In this document: positions 50,615-64,000 of the stretch, piece after piece | How positions within the stretch are numbered: the stretch's first letter is position 1 | Layout: every line of letters begins with the position of its first letter | NCBI RefSeq assembly: GCF_006345805.1 | Contig: NC_042997.1 | Coordinates: 163,680,001 to 163,744,000 of the forward strand | DNA from: Octopus sinensis | Taxonomy: Eukaryota | Length of the DNA: 64,000 nt | Reading direction: 5' to 3' | The notes under the pieces: generated by a model | Seen by the model: only the letters and a program-made list of their open reading frames with translations | What the model was told of the DNA's origin: nothing | The model's database searches: none | Position numbers and translations under genes: made by a program

Positions 50615-51661
50615 GCAAGTTACTGCGTATGACTAGAGTAGTCGATGCACTAGCACACCAGCTATGAAAAATCATTGCACATGCTGATTTATCCTATTAA
50701 TTTGATCAGCCAAAATATAAATTGATTGTATGCCATAACCCATACTTATTTCACTCAGTCAAACTGGTTTGTTCTTGCTATCAGTAGAAGTCAGTATACC
50801 AGTAATGTTGTGTGTTGTTTGTTATCTTTCTTATCTCATACCTCTTTCCTTTTGACTTGTTATTTTAAATCCTGTTTTTGTATTTCCAAGTATGAATGTG
50901 CATATCTGATTCAAGGAATGAAATAGAAAGCAGACACAAGAGATACAAAACTATGTGATGATCAGAGAAGTTTCAGGTCTATAAGCTTATAAAGAATAAA
51001 TACTAAAATAAACATTGACTTATCACAGCCTTTTAACATGGAATTAAAACCTATTTTAATGTACATTTAGTATATCTATATAAGACATACCAGTTTATTA
51101 TATATAAAAGGTGAGAGCACTCAGTAATGGGTTGAAAGAGTTGAATGCAATACAACTAAGTTTTAAAATTAGCTATGAATTATTTCCTTTAGTTATGTCA
51201 TAATGACATGAAGCATTTGTTGCACCTCTGGAAGAAGGAAAATGGGGAAAGATTTGGCCCAAGAATACAGGGCACTAGATATTCAAGGAAAGCCTCTAAT
51301 GCATGAGAACCAACTGGGCAGAGTTCAGAAGGATTACCACAGACTGATCTTATTAAAGAAAGCCTACTGCCTTATGCACCTCACATGTGCATATATGCAT
51401 GTATATATGCATACGCACATACATGTATTTGTGTGTGTGTCTGTTTCTACCATGCTCCTTATGGTAGTAATTTATGGCTGGATGCCCTTCCTGTTGCTAA
51501 TTCTTACCTGCTTTTCAAATAAAAGACTTGTTTATTCCATTGGTATTCAAAATTGAAGAGAAACTGACCATAATGTTAACCAGGAATGTAAACATCATGT
51601 CACCATTTCACTCAGTCAAAGCTGAGTGAAGGTGTAGAATGTCAACACACACACACACACA

Positions 51662-51822
51662 CTACAAGCTTTTTTCAGTTTCTTCCTACCAGTTCTACCC
51701 ACAGACTTTGGTTAGCTCAGTGAGGCTACAGTAGAAGACACTTGCTCAAGGTGGTATGTGCTGGGATTCAACCTGAAAGCGTGGTTGCAAAACGAACTTC
51801 TTAACTACACATCCATGCCTGC
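51662..51822 (-). mobile_element. tRNA-derived SINE (family 1), 5' half
   Basis: gtagaagacacttgctcaaggtg block and a reverse-oriented head. Confidence 0.65.
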
Positions 51823-52724
51823 ACATATCATAATCACATATATATGTATGTAAATATGTATGAACTATTAAAAATATCTCATAACTTTGGGGCCTTTTCT
51901 TTAATCGACTTTTGACCACAGCCAGAAACTGAAGATGTATGAGGTGTAAAGTTAAATGTTACTGACTTACTTAATCAGGTGTAACTGTCATATAATATGA
52001 CAATTATATATGTATGTGTGTGTATACACACACACATAATATACACACATGTACATACACACGTATACACACACACATTATGTATGCATATATAACTATA
52101 TTTACATATGTGTCATGTATGTGTACGTACATATACATAGGTGTTATATATATGTGTGTGTGTGTGTGTGTTATATATATTTATTCATATGAATTATGAA
52201 TATGTGTGTTTGTGTATTTATTTAGTCATAAGTAGATGTTTGTATCAAAGAATATATGAGTCAGACATACATGTACTGAAATAATATATTCTGACCAATG
52301 TTATCTCAGGTGTAATATCCTCAAGTACTCAAAAAATGGTTAGAAATAAATAATGAATTAAGATAATTAGAATCACGACTTTTGTGTACATACTAAATAT
52401 ACAGAATGAAAAAGCTCAGGAAAAAAACTAAGTCAAGTATATGTAGATACTTATTTTACAGTGTTACACTTTTTTTTTGCGTGCTTATAAAACCAGCAAC
52501 TTGATTCTTGATCCATGTTTCATTAGATATGGCAGTAGTAATAGTATGATACTAAGTCAAGGACTCTATACAGCATTTGATTGGCTGTCATTTTGAATGA
52601 ATTCAAATACAAAATAGACTAAAGAAATATATAAACGTTTTGAATTTGTTGCTAATTTCTTAAGGTAAAAATACTTTCAGAGAACTCAGTCACATGTTAA
52701 AAAAAAAGATTAGGCTTTGTATAA

Positions 52725-52766
<42 letters not shown>

Positions 52767-53949
52767 ACAACATTCTGACTGATTTAATCTAGTATCTCTG
52801 TGTGTGAAGGTGTGTTTGTGTATATGTGTGAAACAATTTCTCCTTTTTAATCCTATTTATTCATATCTGTTTATCTGTTTATACTTGTTATTAGAAAATA
52901 TAACATAATGGCCATTCTCGGTACACATAGATATTCTATAAAATAAGTTATAGTATATTTACACCGAAACAAAATGCGAGCTCTTGTAATGTCTGCAACA
53001 GTTAGTCACCTGCTTCAAGTATGGAATAAAGCCAATCCATACTAAATTAGTAGAATATCACACACCATCTCAGATCAAGTCTTTTTTTGGAAAGAGTGGT
53101 TTATGTAAGACATATGTAACTAACTCTAAACAACCAAAATGTTCAGGTTGCTTAGTAACAGCCAGCTCTTACTTGTTTCTTTGTACTCATATACTATTTT
53201 CACAGAACTCTTTGTTGATACATCCATTAACTTTCGTATCTACTTTCTTATGCTAATATGGATTTATAAATGCAAGTTATAGTCATATGAAAATATATAA
53301 ATAGATCATGTGCAATTCTTGTATTCATGTGTATGATATTACACATTTAGAAAGAGAAAACATGTGTTGTTCATGTTATTTTCAAAGTCGTTTAGCAGTG
53401 GAAGTGAAGCGCAACACACTAGGAAATGAAACCAGATTGTCAATGACTTGATGCTTACTGTGTGCGTCTATTTCATTATCATGTCCTGCGATAATATAGA
53501 TTGAGTTTCCCAAAAGTCACTATAAGTCCGAACATCTAATAGCATTTCTCTATGTTAATTATTTAAAGTTAATTTGATTAAAGGTATTTAAAATTTGATA
53601 TCCTTTGTGACATTTGAGACAGCTGCTGTGTGTGTGTGCGTGTGTGTGCATGCGCACAGATGCGTGTAGCTGATTAAGGGAAAGTGACAGGGGGGAGAGA
53701 GAGAGAGAGAGAGAAAGAAGAATCAACCCCAGTACTTGTATTATATTTATCAACCTTGAAAAGATGAAAAGTGAAGATGACCTCTGAAGGATTTCATCTG
53801 TAACAGATACCATAAGGTATTCATTCTATCTATCACGCTAATGCTTCTACCAGTTTACTGCAATACACATATATATATATAGATAGATATATATACAAAT
53901 GTGTATAACTAGATACACACACACACATATGCTCACATATAGTTTATAT

Positions 53950-53991
<42 letters not shown>

Positions 53992-56900
53992 TGTATTTGT
54001 GTGTATGGTTGTCATTTATAAGCAACTTTGACTTGGTAGTATGCACCACACTTTTGGTAATTGTTTTAGGTGCTCATCTATTGAGCGTAGACATAGGTGC
54101 CCTCTCAGTCATCCTACTTTTGAACCAGCAGAACCTCCAGTATGCCAGCTGGAGAGAGAGAGAGAGAGAGAGAACAGTGCATCAGCTCTTTGTTGGTGCT
54201 CATTCCATCTGAGTAGACTGGAGTAATATGAAATAAAGTGGCTTATTCAAAGGCACATTGCATTTCTTGGTTCAGAAATCAAACCCATCGTCTTAGGAGC
54301 ATAGCCCAACAGCTCAGTATCTTTAACATCTGTAACTACTCAGTGATCTGCTATGGAGTTTGTATGTGTTTGTGTGTGTTTATATATGTGTATGTCTCTG
54401 TAACAGTGTATGAACCAGACTATCGGACACTGTTATACACCACTAGTCACAATGCCTTTCTTTGCATTGTTGTAGCTTTTGAATGATGCCACCCTGCTGG
54501 CTAGGCAGGCTAACATTCTCCCTGAATGGAATGTCAGTCTATCATAGAGTTACCCATTTACAGCTGAGTAGACTGGGGTAATGTGAAACGAATTGTTTTG
54601 CTCAAAAATACAACAGACTGGTCTGGGAATCAAATCCATGATCTTGTGATCATGAGTGCAACATCCTAAACATTAGGTCATGTACCTTCTCATTTATAAA
54701 TGTGTGTGTGTATATATATGTGTATGTGTATACACACACATGCACACATATATACATATACACATATACATGAAATGTTCAGGTTGCACATAATTAGCTT
54801 AAGTAAATTTTTATTGAAGCTTTTTTGTTTTACATTTTAAAAGATTGAAATAAACTGTTTATTAAGATAGCCTCTTTTGATTGATGTTTACTCCTAATAT
54901 ATTTTTGTATTTGTTTGGTTCACTTCTTTTGCTTAGCTTTATTCTTAAACAACTCGGATACTAACCAAATGTTGAGAGTAAATAATGAAGACCATTGATA
55001 TCACATGGTATTCAAATAGTTTCTTGAAATAATTTTTTAGTATTTATATCAGAATGAAATCTGATGATTTATGATTTTTAGTTGATTTATGATTTTTAGT
55101 TGATTTCAACATTGTGTTCATTCATTGTCCCTTTTCATATCTGAAATGATGTTGCATATTTGTTTTCGGTAACTAATTTCAAAAACCTATTGAAACATTC
55201 CTCAATATATGCTTAGTTGAAATTCAGAGTTAAATTGACCAATGGTATGTGTTCTTTCTTAAGTAAGCTCATGTGAATTCTCTGTGTCTTGTTTAAGACC
55301 TGATTATATGCTGCAAAGAATACCACACTTTTGGGCTTGTAAATTCAGTGCCATTTATGATGATACTCTTAAAATCTCTTTTGAGGTTACAGTTGCAAGA
55401 ATATGCAAATCTCACCATAGTTTTAGATGCATTTTGTAGTCCAGTGGTAATTTTTCTTTTTATTTCTCCCAATTGTTTCTTTCCTTCTTGTGGTTAATTT
55501 CCTTAATTGATAATTAATCATACTGAAGACAGTAACTGTTTTTAGCTAACATTTAATATTTATAAAACAAAAGAGTTCAGGCCCATCATTGTCATCATCG
55601 TTTAACATCCACTCTCCATACTGGCTTGGGTTGGATTGTTTGACATGGAGCTGGCTAGCAGGGAACTGTCTGAACTCCAACTGTCTGCTATGGTACAGTT
55701 TCTTTTGCTGGATGCCCTTCCTAATGCCAACCACTTAACAAAGTGTGCTGGGTGCCTTTTACGTGTCACTATCATGGGTGTGTTTCATATGCAAGCTAAC
55801 CCATTTATATGAAATCTTTACAATGTTAAGTAAGTGTTTACTTAACCTGTTTTATGACTCTATACTACTAACATTTAAAATGGTCCTCAGGAACCACAAT
55901 AGAGGATAACTAAGAATATCTTTGATGTAGTGTTTTCTTAAATTAAATAGATATTTTTATATGTTCTGATGATGATAATGATGGTGATGCCAAGTGATTT
56001 AAGGTATTTGTCAGTTATATTTGTATATTACTATATATGTGTACAAGTAAAGTTAAGTTTTTTTGCCCACAAATTTACTTCAGATTTACCTAAACTAACA
56101 TCAAAGTGGCCAAGAAAAAGTATCTTAAAAAAATGAATAAACATGAAAAACCTTCATGATTACAAAAGAATATTCTGTTATCTCACTGTTTATCTAGAAT
56201 AGCCACCTATACACACATTAATGTGTGTGATAGTGTTGCATGATGGATTCTTTTGAAGTGATCTTACTAGGTTAAAAGTTGATAATGTATGCAACCTTGA
56301 AATTAACATTTATAGAGCAAATTATTACTATCAATGTTATATGTGCTAAGTGATATTTAAAACATTTTTGATGATTTTTGTGTCATGTGAAATTATGTAT
56401 TTTAACACCAGTTGTAAAAACAACTATGTTACATAAATGGTGTGCTTTTTTTTGTGTTATGTTTTGAAATGTTTTGCAAATGTTCTGTTTGTCTTGAAGC
56501 TTTTCTGTTGGTTAGTTTTTAACATTACTAATGAATAGCATTTTCAAAAGAAATTTTAACAACTGGAAATTACTAACTTTGATGTTTTGACATTTTGTTT
56601 CAACTGTTCAAATATCATTTTAAAAATGATACCTTTTTCGTTGCATTCAAATGAACCACAATAAAGCAAGAATGTAATATTTAGAGCTGATTTTTAGATC
56701 CTTTCTGAATTCAGTTTTAGATAGAAATGTATTTGGTCAATAATTTTAATTCAACAACAAAGATAGAGTGATTTTCCCTTAGTTTGTTAATATCTTGTCA
56801 ATCCCTGAACTCAGTTTTATGCCAAATTTAAGAAGTCTTGTAGTTAATGCAATTTCTTGTGTTAAATATTTTATCTTTGAAATTAAATTTTACTGATTTG

Positions 56901-59900
56901 TCTGATGGCATATTAAAACAAGTGTAAAACTATGTTTTTTTCAGAAAAAAATTAACTACATTTTATGACTTTTAAACCTCTATTAAGTAAAGCATGAGAC
57001 ATTGTTGTAAGTCCATCTGTTATAATTCAATAACCTTTCTGATGGACCAAGTAAAGTAGAGAAATATTTATTATAGTAAAATTTGAAACCAATTGTGGAG
57101 GATTTTATCTAATGAGCTTTATATTTTTAAACTGCACTTTTTATGTTGCAAATTTTGACTGAACATTATTAACTTTTAGGTCAATAATATGTTGTGTTTA
57201 GTAATGGGGGATTCTATGTGCAGTCACCCAATTTGCTAGAAAGAGTGACCAAATTTTCCTTAAATTACATTTTTCATCACATAATATCTGGTCTTGAAAA
57301 TGGGAAAATATTAAGTAATGTGATTCTAGATACATTATTTTTTTGATGGGGAAAAAATGAGAAAATGATAGAATGGTTATGGCAGGAATTCCTTTGGGTA
57401 TAGGTTTGCTCAATCAGAGCTGACTAGAGGTTAAACAATAGCTTGTTTTAAAAGTGAAAACTACTTATTATATCCTTAACATCATGTTAAAAGTTTGAAG
57501 TTTATTATTATAAAATGATTCACCCCAACTTCTTTTTGAAAGAAAAGCATATTTCTTTGTGAACATCTTAATCATTATAAACTAGCTGTATGATTGAATA
57601 TACATCTATCCTCATTTATCATGGTGGTTTGGTTCCAAAAAAACACCATGTTAAATAAATAACACATGGGGAAAACAGTCTTTAAACACGCATAATGATA
57701 CTGTTTCATAGTTGGAATAATATTTAGAGTAAAATTTAATAATATATGATTAATAAATAATAATAATAAATTAGCTGAAAAATGTCATTACTGACTTGTA
57801 TTATCACAGATCAATTTGTAATAAGCACAACATAGTTCACAATTGGCTGTATCATGATATCCCAGATCAGTGATGAATGAATTGGTGATAAATGATGAGG
57901 ATAGATGTACTGTCAAAAATGTTATTTTACATGGAGATACACCAAGTAGAGAAATGTGTATTTTATAGTAAAGTTTGAAATTGTGACCATAGAGATTTTG
58001 CTTACTTAAATGCTCATATTAACCACTTTTATAAATATTATTTCATTTGTGTTAGGAAATAAAGAAAAAAGTCTTATAAATTATGTTTTTGTGTGACTTT
58101 GCTATTGATTAATTCATTCCGTTTTATGTCTTTGTTTTGGTGAACAACTGTTAAACTCTCAAATATTAAGATTGAATTTACTTTTTAGAAACCAAATAAC
58201 TTGACCAAATAAGATTATAATAGATGTTACTTTTCATTAGAAACTCTGTTTTGAGTAGACTATCTAAAAAAAATTTATTAAAAAATTTTATTTTGTACTG
58301 ATTGGTTCAAGTTTACATTTCTATTGGACAATTTTTATTAGTAGAAATTACTGTGTTGGAGTAGAAAGTATGTTCTGTATATTGGGAAGAATTCTGTGTA
58401 GAATTTCAGTAATTTAACTTTTCAAAATTGGTATCAAGGTATTCAGTGCCATAAGGCAGCCCAACAATGGGTACCCCCTTCAACTAGTTGTGACTGTTAA
58501 CAGGATATGGCTGGAGAATAGCTTATAATATATAGTGAGCAATATTGTATCACATTTTTTGTCTTTTCTGGCACTGCCAAATAGTGCAGTGTTGGCCTTG
58601 ATTACGTTTTACCAATGTCATCAGTATCTTTTATGGACTATCTTAGTAAACTTTTAATATATAGTGCTCATTTTTTGTTGGAACTAAGACAGCTGTTAGA
58701 ATGTTTCTATTTTCCAATTTGACTACACTACATTTTATCATTGGTCTGAAATGGCAACACTCTTTCGATATCACAAAATATTAAGTGTACGAATGAGTGA
58801 TTGTATGATCATATACTGGTAGTTTTCAATATAGAAAACTATCTTGAAATATAACAAGTATTAATTACTGCTTCTAATAAGAAGCAGTTTCTGTATTGTT
58901 CATTGACCTGTTCACTGACACAGCCAAATCTCTCTCTTCCATCACATAACATCTGATCTTGAATTTGTAGGGTAGTATAGCTTACAGTAAGGACAACATG
59001 AATATTGAGTTACACACTGGTATTTAAGGGTATCTCAAACTGACATGGGCTATTTCATATCCTATACTTGTAGCTAGCTTCTAATTTTTCAGTTGTCTGT
59101 CTACTACTGTACCAAGTGAAGCTAATTAAACAACAGTATGTATTATATTATTATACAAAAATGTCAAAAGTGGATAAATAGTTGAAAATTTATTGTAAAG
59201 ATATATTTGGATGATTAATTAGCTAACTTATGAAGAAAAATTTAAACAAATTACCATATTTTATCAATACTGGAGAGTATATCAAGACATGATTTTAGGC
59301 AAATGATTGTAAAAGGCAAGACCAGTGTCAGTTATCAGTTGCTGTTGAAGTTCATCGTAATACATTGTATATTTTTACATTGATTAGAAAATGTTTATTT
59401 TAAAGTTGTTGAGCCTGAATGTTTGTATCTGTTAAAAGATAGGTAGATGAGAGCTAGAATTCTGTAGAACATATACCAGTTTTAGAATAAATAAACAAAT
59501 GGTAAATTTTCAGCTTAAGAATTGTAATTTTGAATTACATAAACTATTAAAAGTATGATGTAAATATTTTAATTGTAATAATTTTTTACTATTGTTAGTT
59601 TTAATTATAACATGTTCCATTTTAGCATTATATTAATTTTTTTCTTATTATGCTGAGATCGCAAATTCAAAAACATTCGCATGGATATATGACAAAGATT
59701 TTTCTTTTACAATGTGTCTTTCCTAATGCTTATCACTAAGCTATACTATGGGCATATTACTTAATTTTTTTAGCTATGTAGATGCAAACAAATATAGTTA
59801 TCCATTTATAGTGCTTAAAGCAACATTCCATGTGTGTGGTCTATTTTAGGTTTCTAGAATGTTTAATTAATTGAATGTTGGTTTCTTATCACCAGTTAAA

Positions 59901-60293
59901 ATGATTCTTAAATATTGTAACCAGCTTCGTTTTCTAAATTACAAGATGTTTTCTAGATTAAAATTGATTTTATTTTTAAAAGCATGAGATTGAATATTCT
60001 GAATATTAGACTATAAACCTAATGGATTTTTTAAAATTATATTTTTGAATTCATTAGGTTTGACTACATTTAAATTAATCAACTAATCTGAGTCGAATAA
60101 CAACCAGTAATAAGTTGTTAATTAGTCTATTTCCCCTCAGATATATTAATTTTTCCTATATGTTGTAGTAATTTGGTTTAACTTCGTAGTTCCAGTTATA
60201 TAGTAATTTATTTTAATAAAAAAATGCAACAAAGCATTCATTGAAATTTGTAAACATACTTTAATATTCCTTTGTTATTGTTGCAACTCTCAG

Positions 60294-60547
60294 GTTGTCA
60301 GCTCTTAAGAAGAGTGGTGAAAACGATTGGAAGAAGCGAGTCTACAAACCAAGTGATAGTCCCAGTTCTAGCCCGGATAGAGAAATGATTAAAGCAAGGT
60401 CCCCTAGTCCTTTTAGTACACCAGTTCGGCCTATTAATCTTTCTGAAAGAATGTCTCAGTTAAAATCTTCACAGACATCATGGAAGACTAGAGTTGAAGA
60501 GAGTGATGCCCAGTTATTTACTGTTGCAGGCAAGCTGAGTAAATCAG
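60294..60547 (+). CDS. SVIL: Supervillin exon LSALKKSGENDWKKRV...WKTRVEESDAQLFTVAGKLSKS
   Basis: Matches the recalled vertebrate supervillin segments ERLALLKKSGEEDW and WKTRG...DSTQFTVAGRMVKKG. ctcag| acceptor, TCAG|gtgagt donor; 254 nt, phase 2 to 1. Confidence 0.93.
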
Positions 60548-61593
60548 GTGAGTTAAAGATATGTGAGAGGCTTTTCTTCTTTTTTCTTTCTGATAATAAC
60601 TATTATTCTTTGCATGAGCAACTCATAATAAAATATTTTTGTAACAAAATTCATCACTTTAATCTGGAAACCTTTTGAAAATCTTCAGCTAAAACTTTTA
60701 GACTTAAATTGTTCAATGTTTCAATAGCTTTATTTTTGTAAGCTATGGTAATTGTGTTTAGTTTTCTACTCAGTGCCCCTGCAGTTCTTGTCTACTTTCA
60801 AATTCTATTTCTTATATGTCAACAGTTTTATGTCCTTATCATTTAACATCCGTTTTCTATGCTGGCATGGGTTGGACAGCTTTGCAGGAACTGGCAATGC
60901 CAGGGGCAGCACCAGGTTCCATAGTTTTATAGTTACAGCTTTAAGAGAAATAGGGAGGGTAGGTGGGTGTAGGATAAAAAGAGACATTTTAGTTTCCAAG
61001 TGTTGGCCTTATTTTTGTAACTTAAACCTGATTTCCTTCCAGAAAAATTAACCTCATATGCCTCTGTTTAAATCACATTCATTTATTGAGTTATATATTT
61101 TTTAATAGGCAGCATTAATTAAGCTTGAATTTAAACTAAACTCTTCTGAGACCTTTTCTTAGTTTCAGTTTCTCTTGTGTTAAACATATAAAAATAAATC
61201 TCTCTCAGGGTAGGTTAATCTAGCACAAATATCTTATATTGCATGAGAGGATTTGAATTCAAAATACAATTCAAGAATGTAACAAAATTATCTGTATAAT
61301 GTCTACAACCATCACAGGTGAATTATAACATGCACAACATTTACTTAGAGGAAAGTAGATACAGCTATTGGAAGATAAGTGTTTTTGTCAAAAACATAAG
61401 ACAGTTTGATATGGGCTTCAAATTTCTTGACTGAATGTCCTGTATATAATGTGCACTTTGCATTATTTGTAACAATGCTAAATTTATTATTTTACAAGCC
61501 TGTGTATTATTGGAATATCTTTTGTAAAATATTTTTGTCTTTTTAGGTTTACACTTTTTATATCAAATTAACATTTATTCTTTCTATGTTTAG

Positions 61594-61650
61594 GTTGCGT
61601 CGTTAGAGAGAAGACTGTTTTGGCTCAAATCAAGCAGAGATCATTCACAG
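61594..61650 (+). CDS. SVIL: Candidate 57-nt cassette exon (GCVVREKTVLAQIKQRSFT in phase 1)
   Basis: tttattctttctatgtttag| acceptor and ACAG|gtaagt donor. Length is a multiple of 3 and the exon is open in phase 1, fitting the flanking exons. Confidence 0.7.
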
Positions 61651-62478
61651 GTAAGTTACTTCTTTTGACATCAATTGTGAAGAAGTAGAGTTAAATCATA
61701 TATAATTTTTCATTGTTTCTAGTTACTAGGATTTAAAGAAAGAGTTGTTAACCACAGAGATCTACTTGGAAATAGAGAAAGTCAAAGCAAATTTTTTATA
61801 AACTGATATTAGATTTCGAAAGTATAAGTTGTATTTTGATGTAACCACAATTATTGTTCATCTCTTGGGTCAGAAATTTCCTGCCAAATTGCTTCATCAC
61901 AACATATGCGAAAAAATTCTTACTCCACTCTCTATTGTATCTATTTTCCTCCTCTGCATTAGTAATCCTTCTGTCACTTCTAATACACATTCATCTGCAT
62001 ATGGTACTACTCTTCTTTCCTCCTTTCTACCTGCAGTTTGCTATCCTTTCAGAAACCTCAAAAACATCCGACAAAACAGCTGGTCATATCTTAATCTCCT
62101 TCAATAGCACCAAAATACAGTCACTACATATGTGAAGGAAACAATATCAACACCATATTTATTAACAAAATACAGCTAAAACCTTTAAGCTAGCTGTAAG
62201 TTCTAGATCTCACACCACTGATGATCTGTTGTGATCATCTCGAATATAAAACTGCATGCTAAAAACTAAACTTCATTAGAGGTAGAAAATACTTCAGGCC
62301 TCTCACTAATCAGTTACTAAGCCTTTGCAAAACACAAATATGACTCATTTTTTGTAAGAATAAAATATTTATTGTAATATTTTAAGTTTAAAGTAGGTTT
62401 TACTTAATGATATTCTGAATTAAATATGAATGTGATATTTTATTTCAAGATTATCATGCAATTTTTTTCCCTTCCTAG

Positions 62479-62568
62479 AATCAGATGAATCTGGTGGTTT
62501 AATTTCACCCACCTCACCAACAAAGACAGACTGGAAAATTCCAAAACCTACAGAAATTATTTCATCTG
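62479..62568 (+). CDS. SVIL: Supervillin exon ESDESGGLISPTSPTKTDWKIPKPTEIISS
   Basis: tttttttcccttcctag| acceptor and TCTG|gtaata donor. 90 nt, phase 1-1; GLISPT resembles the vertebrate GLASPT that follows the FTVAG motif. Confidence 0.85.
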
Positions 62569-63301
62569 GTAATAGAATTTTTCAGAATTTTATCTATTTT
62601 TATTTTGTATTTTTGTCATGATAATAAATTTGTCAACGGAGGAAGCACTCCTTTTTGACTTCTTTCCACCCTTGACATTGTAACCACTAATGTTATCTCT
62701 AAGTCCATCTCTGGCACTAATTATATCAAGAATGTAGTGACCATTTCTACATTTGAGAAGTCCTTGGTCTTTAATTTATGGCAGCTTTTACTATTAAGTT
62801 ACTTTAGTACATTTGAAGTTCTGGTTTCCTGTCGATTCTGAAAGCTGTTCTACTCCTTATATACATCAGTTATACATTGTTGAGTTTCTTTTTCCTTTTC
62901 TGCAATGTAAACAATGTTATTTCTCAGTTACTTCTGATTTTTTATCAGTACTTAATCTTATTCTCAGTAACCTCCATATTTTTTGAGTGCCTTTCATCTT
63001 TTCTAGTTTCAAATTTAAGTATTTTTGTTCACAATGCTATTCAAGTTGTTGGCATATATAAAATGTTCTCATTGACATTCAGTCTTTAACCACCCTGTAA
63101 GAGTAGAGGGCCGATCCTGATCTTGTTTTTAGCCTCATCATGCACGGACTAATTTTCTCCAGATTTAGAACATCTTGTTTGAAGATGTTTGTCTGCATAC
63201 AAAATGTAAACTGTTAGAGACATAATGTATATTGCAGTGAATTATATGTAGCAAATTAAGGGGACCTACAGTTAAGTGGTGAATAGGAGAATCCTTTAGA
63301 A

Positions 63302-63541
63302 TATTGGTTTTCAACCATTTTTTGCCTATGAACCCCTTTGATTCCTCTTCTCCTCTACTGGATTTTCATAGCCATTCGATGTGTATATAAAAACATCCCC
63401 TACTGCATTTTTATAATCAAATATTGTTAGGAATTGTATAAAGAAATTAAAATATTTTGCGTATTGTAGAAGTATAAGCAATTTATTGCACATAAATTTT
63501 AACAAGAAAAATCTTATATGGACCCTGGTTGAGAACCCTTG
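63302..63541. mobile_element. hAT-superfamily MITE
   Basis: Termini TATTGGTTTTCAACC / GGTTGAGAACCCTTG flanked by an 8-bp near-duplication CTTTAGAA (63294-63301) / CTTTATAA (63542-63549). Confidence 0.8.
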
Positions 63542-64000
63542 CTTTATAAATTAGGTTGAAAGGAAGACTGAAAATAAGTAAATTGTAAAAATAGCTGTCT
63601 GTGCATTGGAAACATTGACTGGAGAAATGAATATACTGTAGAAACACCAGAAGAAAAAGTGCTGGGATTAATTAGTAGCTGTTCATAAGAAGATTTAACT
63701 TAAATCTGAGATCATTAAGCTGCACAGAAGGTACATTGTGCAAGGCGAGATTGTAAATCTAACCAAAATGTATTGTACATGAAGTCAATATACATTAATG
63801 GGGGAGGTTAAACAGTGATAAATAAAAGGCATAAGATTGAATGTCTACAGGAATTTTCTGCACTGAAATGATCTAGAATGTAAGTTATGTTTCAGCAATT
63901 TTAAATGCTAATAAGATACTATTAAACTGGTCAAAAACATAGGATAGAGTATATACTTTAAATAGTTTGACATTAAAACATGTTTGCCATTAGGAAGTTA

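Noticed and set aside
56211-56228. Perfect 18-bp palindrome ACACACATTAATGTGTGT, and short tandem duplications at 48884 and 55066
   Set aside because: Expected by chance or slippage in CA/TG-rich DNA.
1863-62225. Other CTGATGA/CTGACGA heptamers (for example 1864, 9800, 20310, 38046, 58617 minus)
   Set aside because: No helix II followed by GAAA and no helix III, so they are not hammerheads.
1-64000. CRISPR arrays, prokaryotic operons, and genuine tRNA or rRNA genes
   Set aside because: The sequence is eukaryotic intronic DNA; tRNA-like boxes occur only as SINE heads without a full cloverleaf, and no repeat-spacer array is present.

Overview
AT-rich, microsatellite- and SINE-rich animal genomic DNA. 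The repeat landscape suggests a coleoid cephalopod, most likely Octopus (inference, no database search run). The whole window lies inside one plus-strand gene, the supervillin (SVIL) N-terminal/central region. Phase-consistent exons were reconstructed by hand at 1-14, 17468-17714, 33450-33921, 46751-46924, 60294-60547 and 62479-62568. Small frame-preserving candidate cassette exons that the ORF track misses sit in four of the introns: 24 nt (12530-12553), 39 nt (22756-22794, weaker), 51 nt with a GC donor (50564-50614) and 57 nt (61594-61650). Two of these split conserved supervillin motifs exactly at the splice junction. The introns hold a full-length decayed mariner, a young 5'-truncated CR1-clade LINE whose 5' junction carries a perfect 107-bp inverted copy of nearby DNA, RTE LINE 3' ends, several tRNA-derived SINE families, MITEs, a Helentron-like element, an approximately 870-bp palindrome and Penelope-type remnants. 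One intronic foldback element contains a well-formed type I hammerhead ribozyme on the pre-mRNA strand (3643-3713). Most ORFs in the supplied track are microsatellite or chance ORFs.
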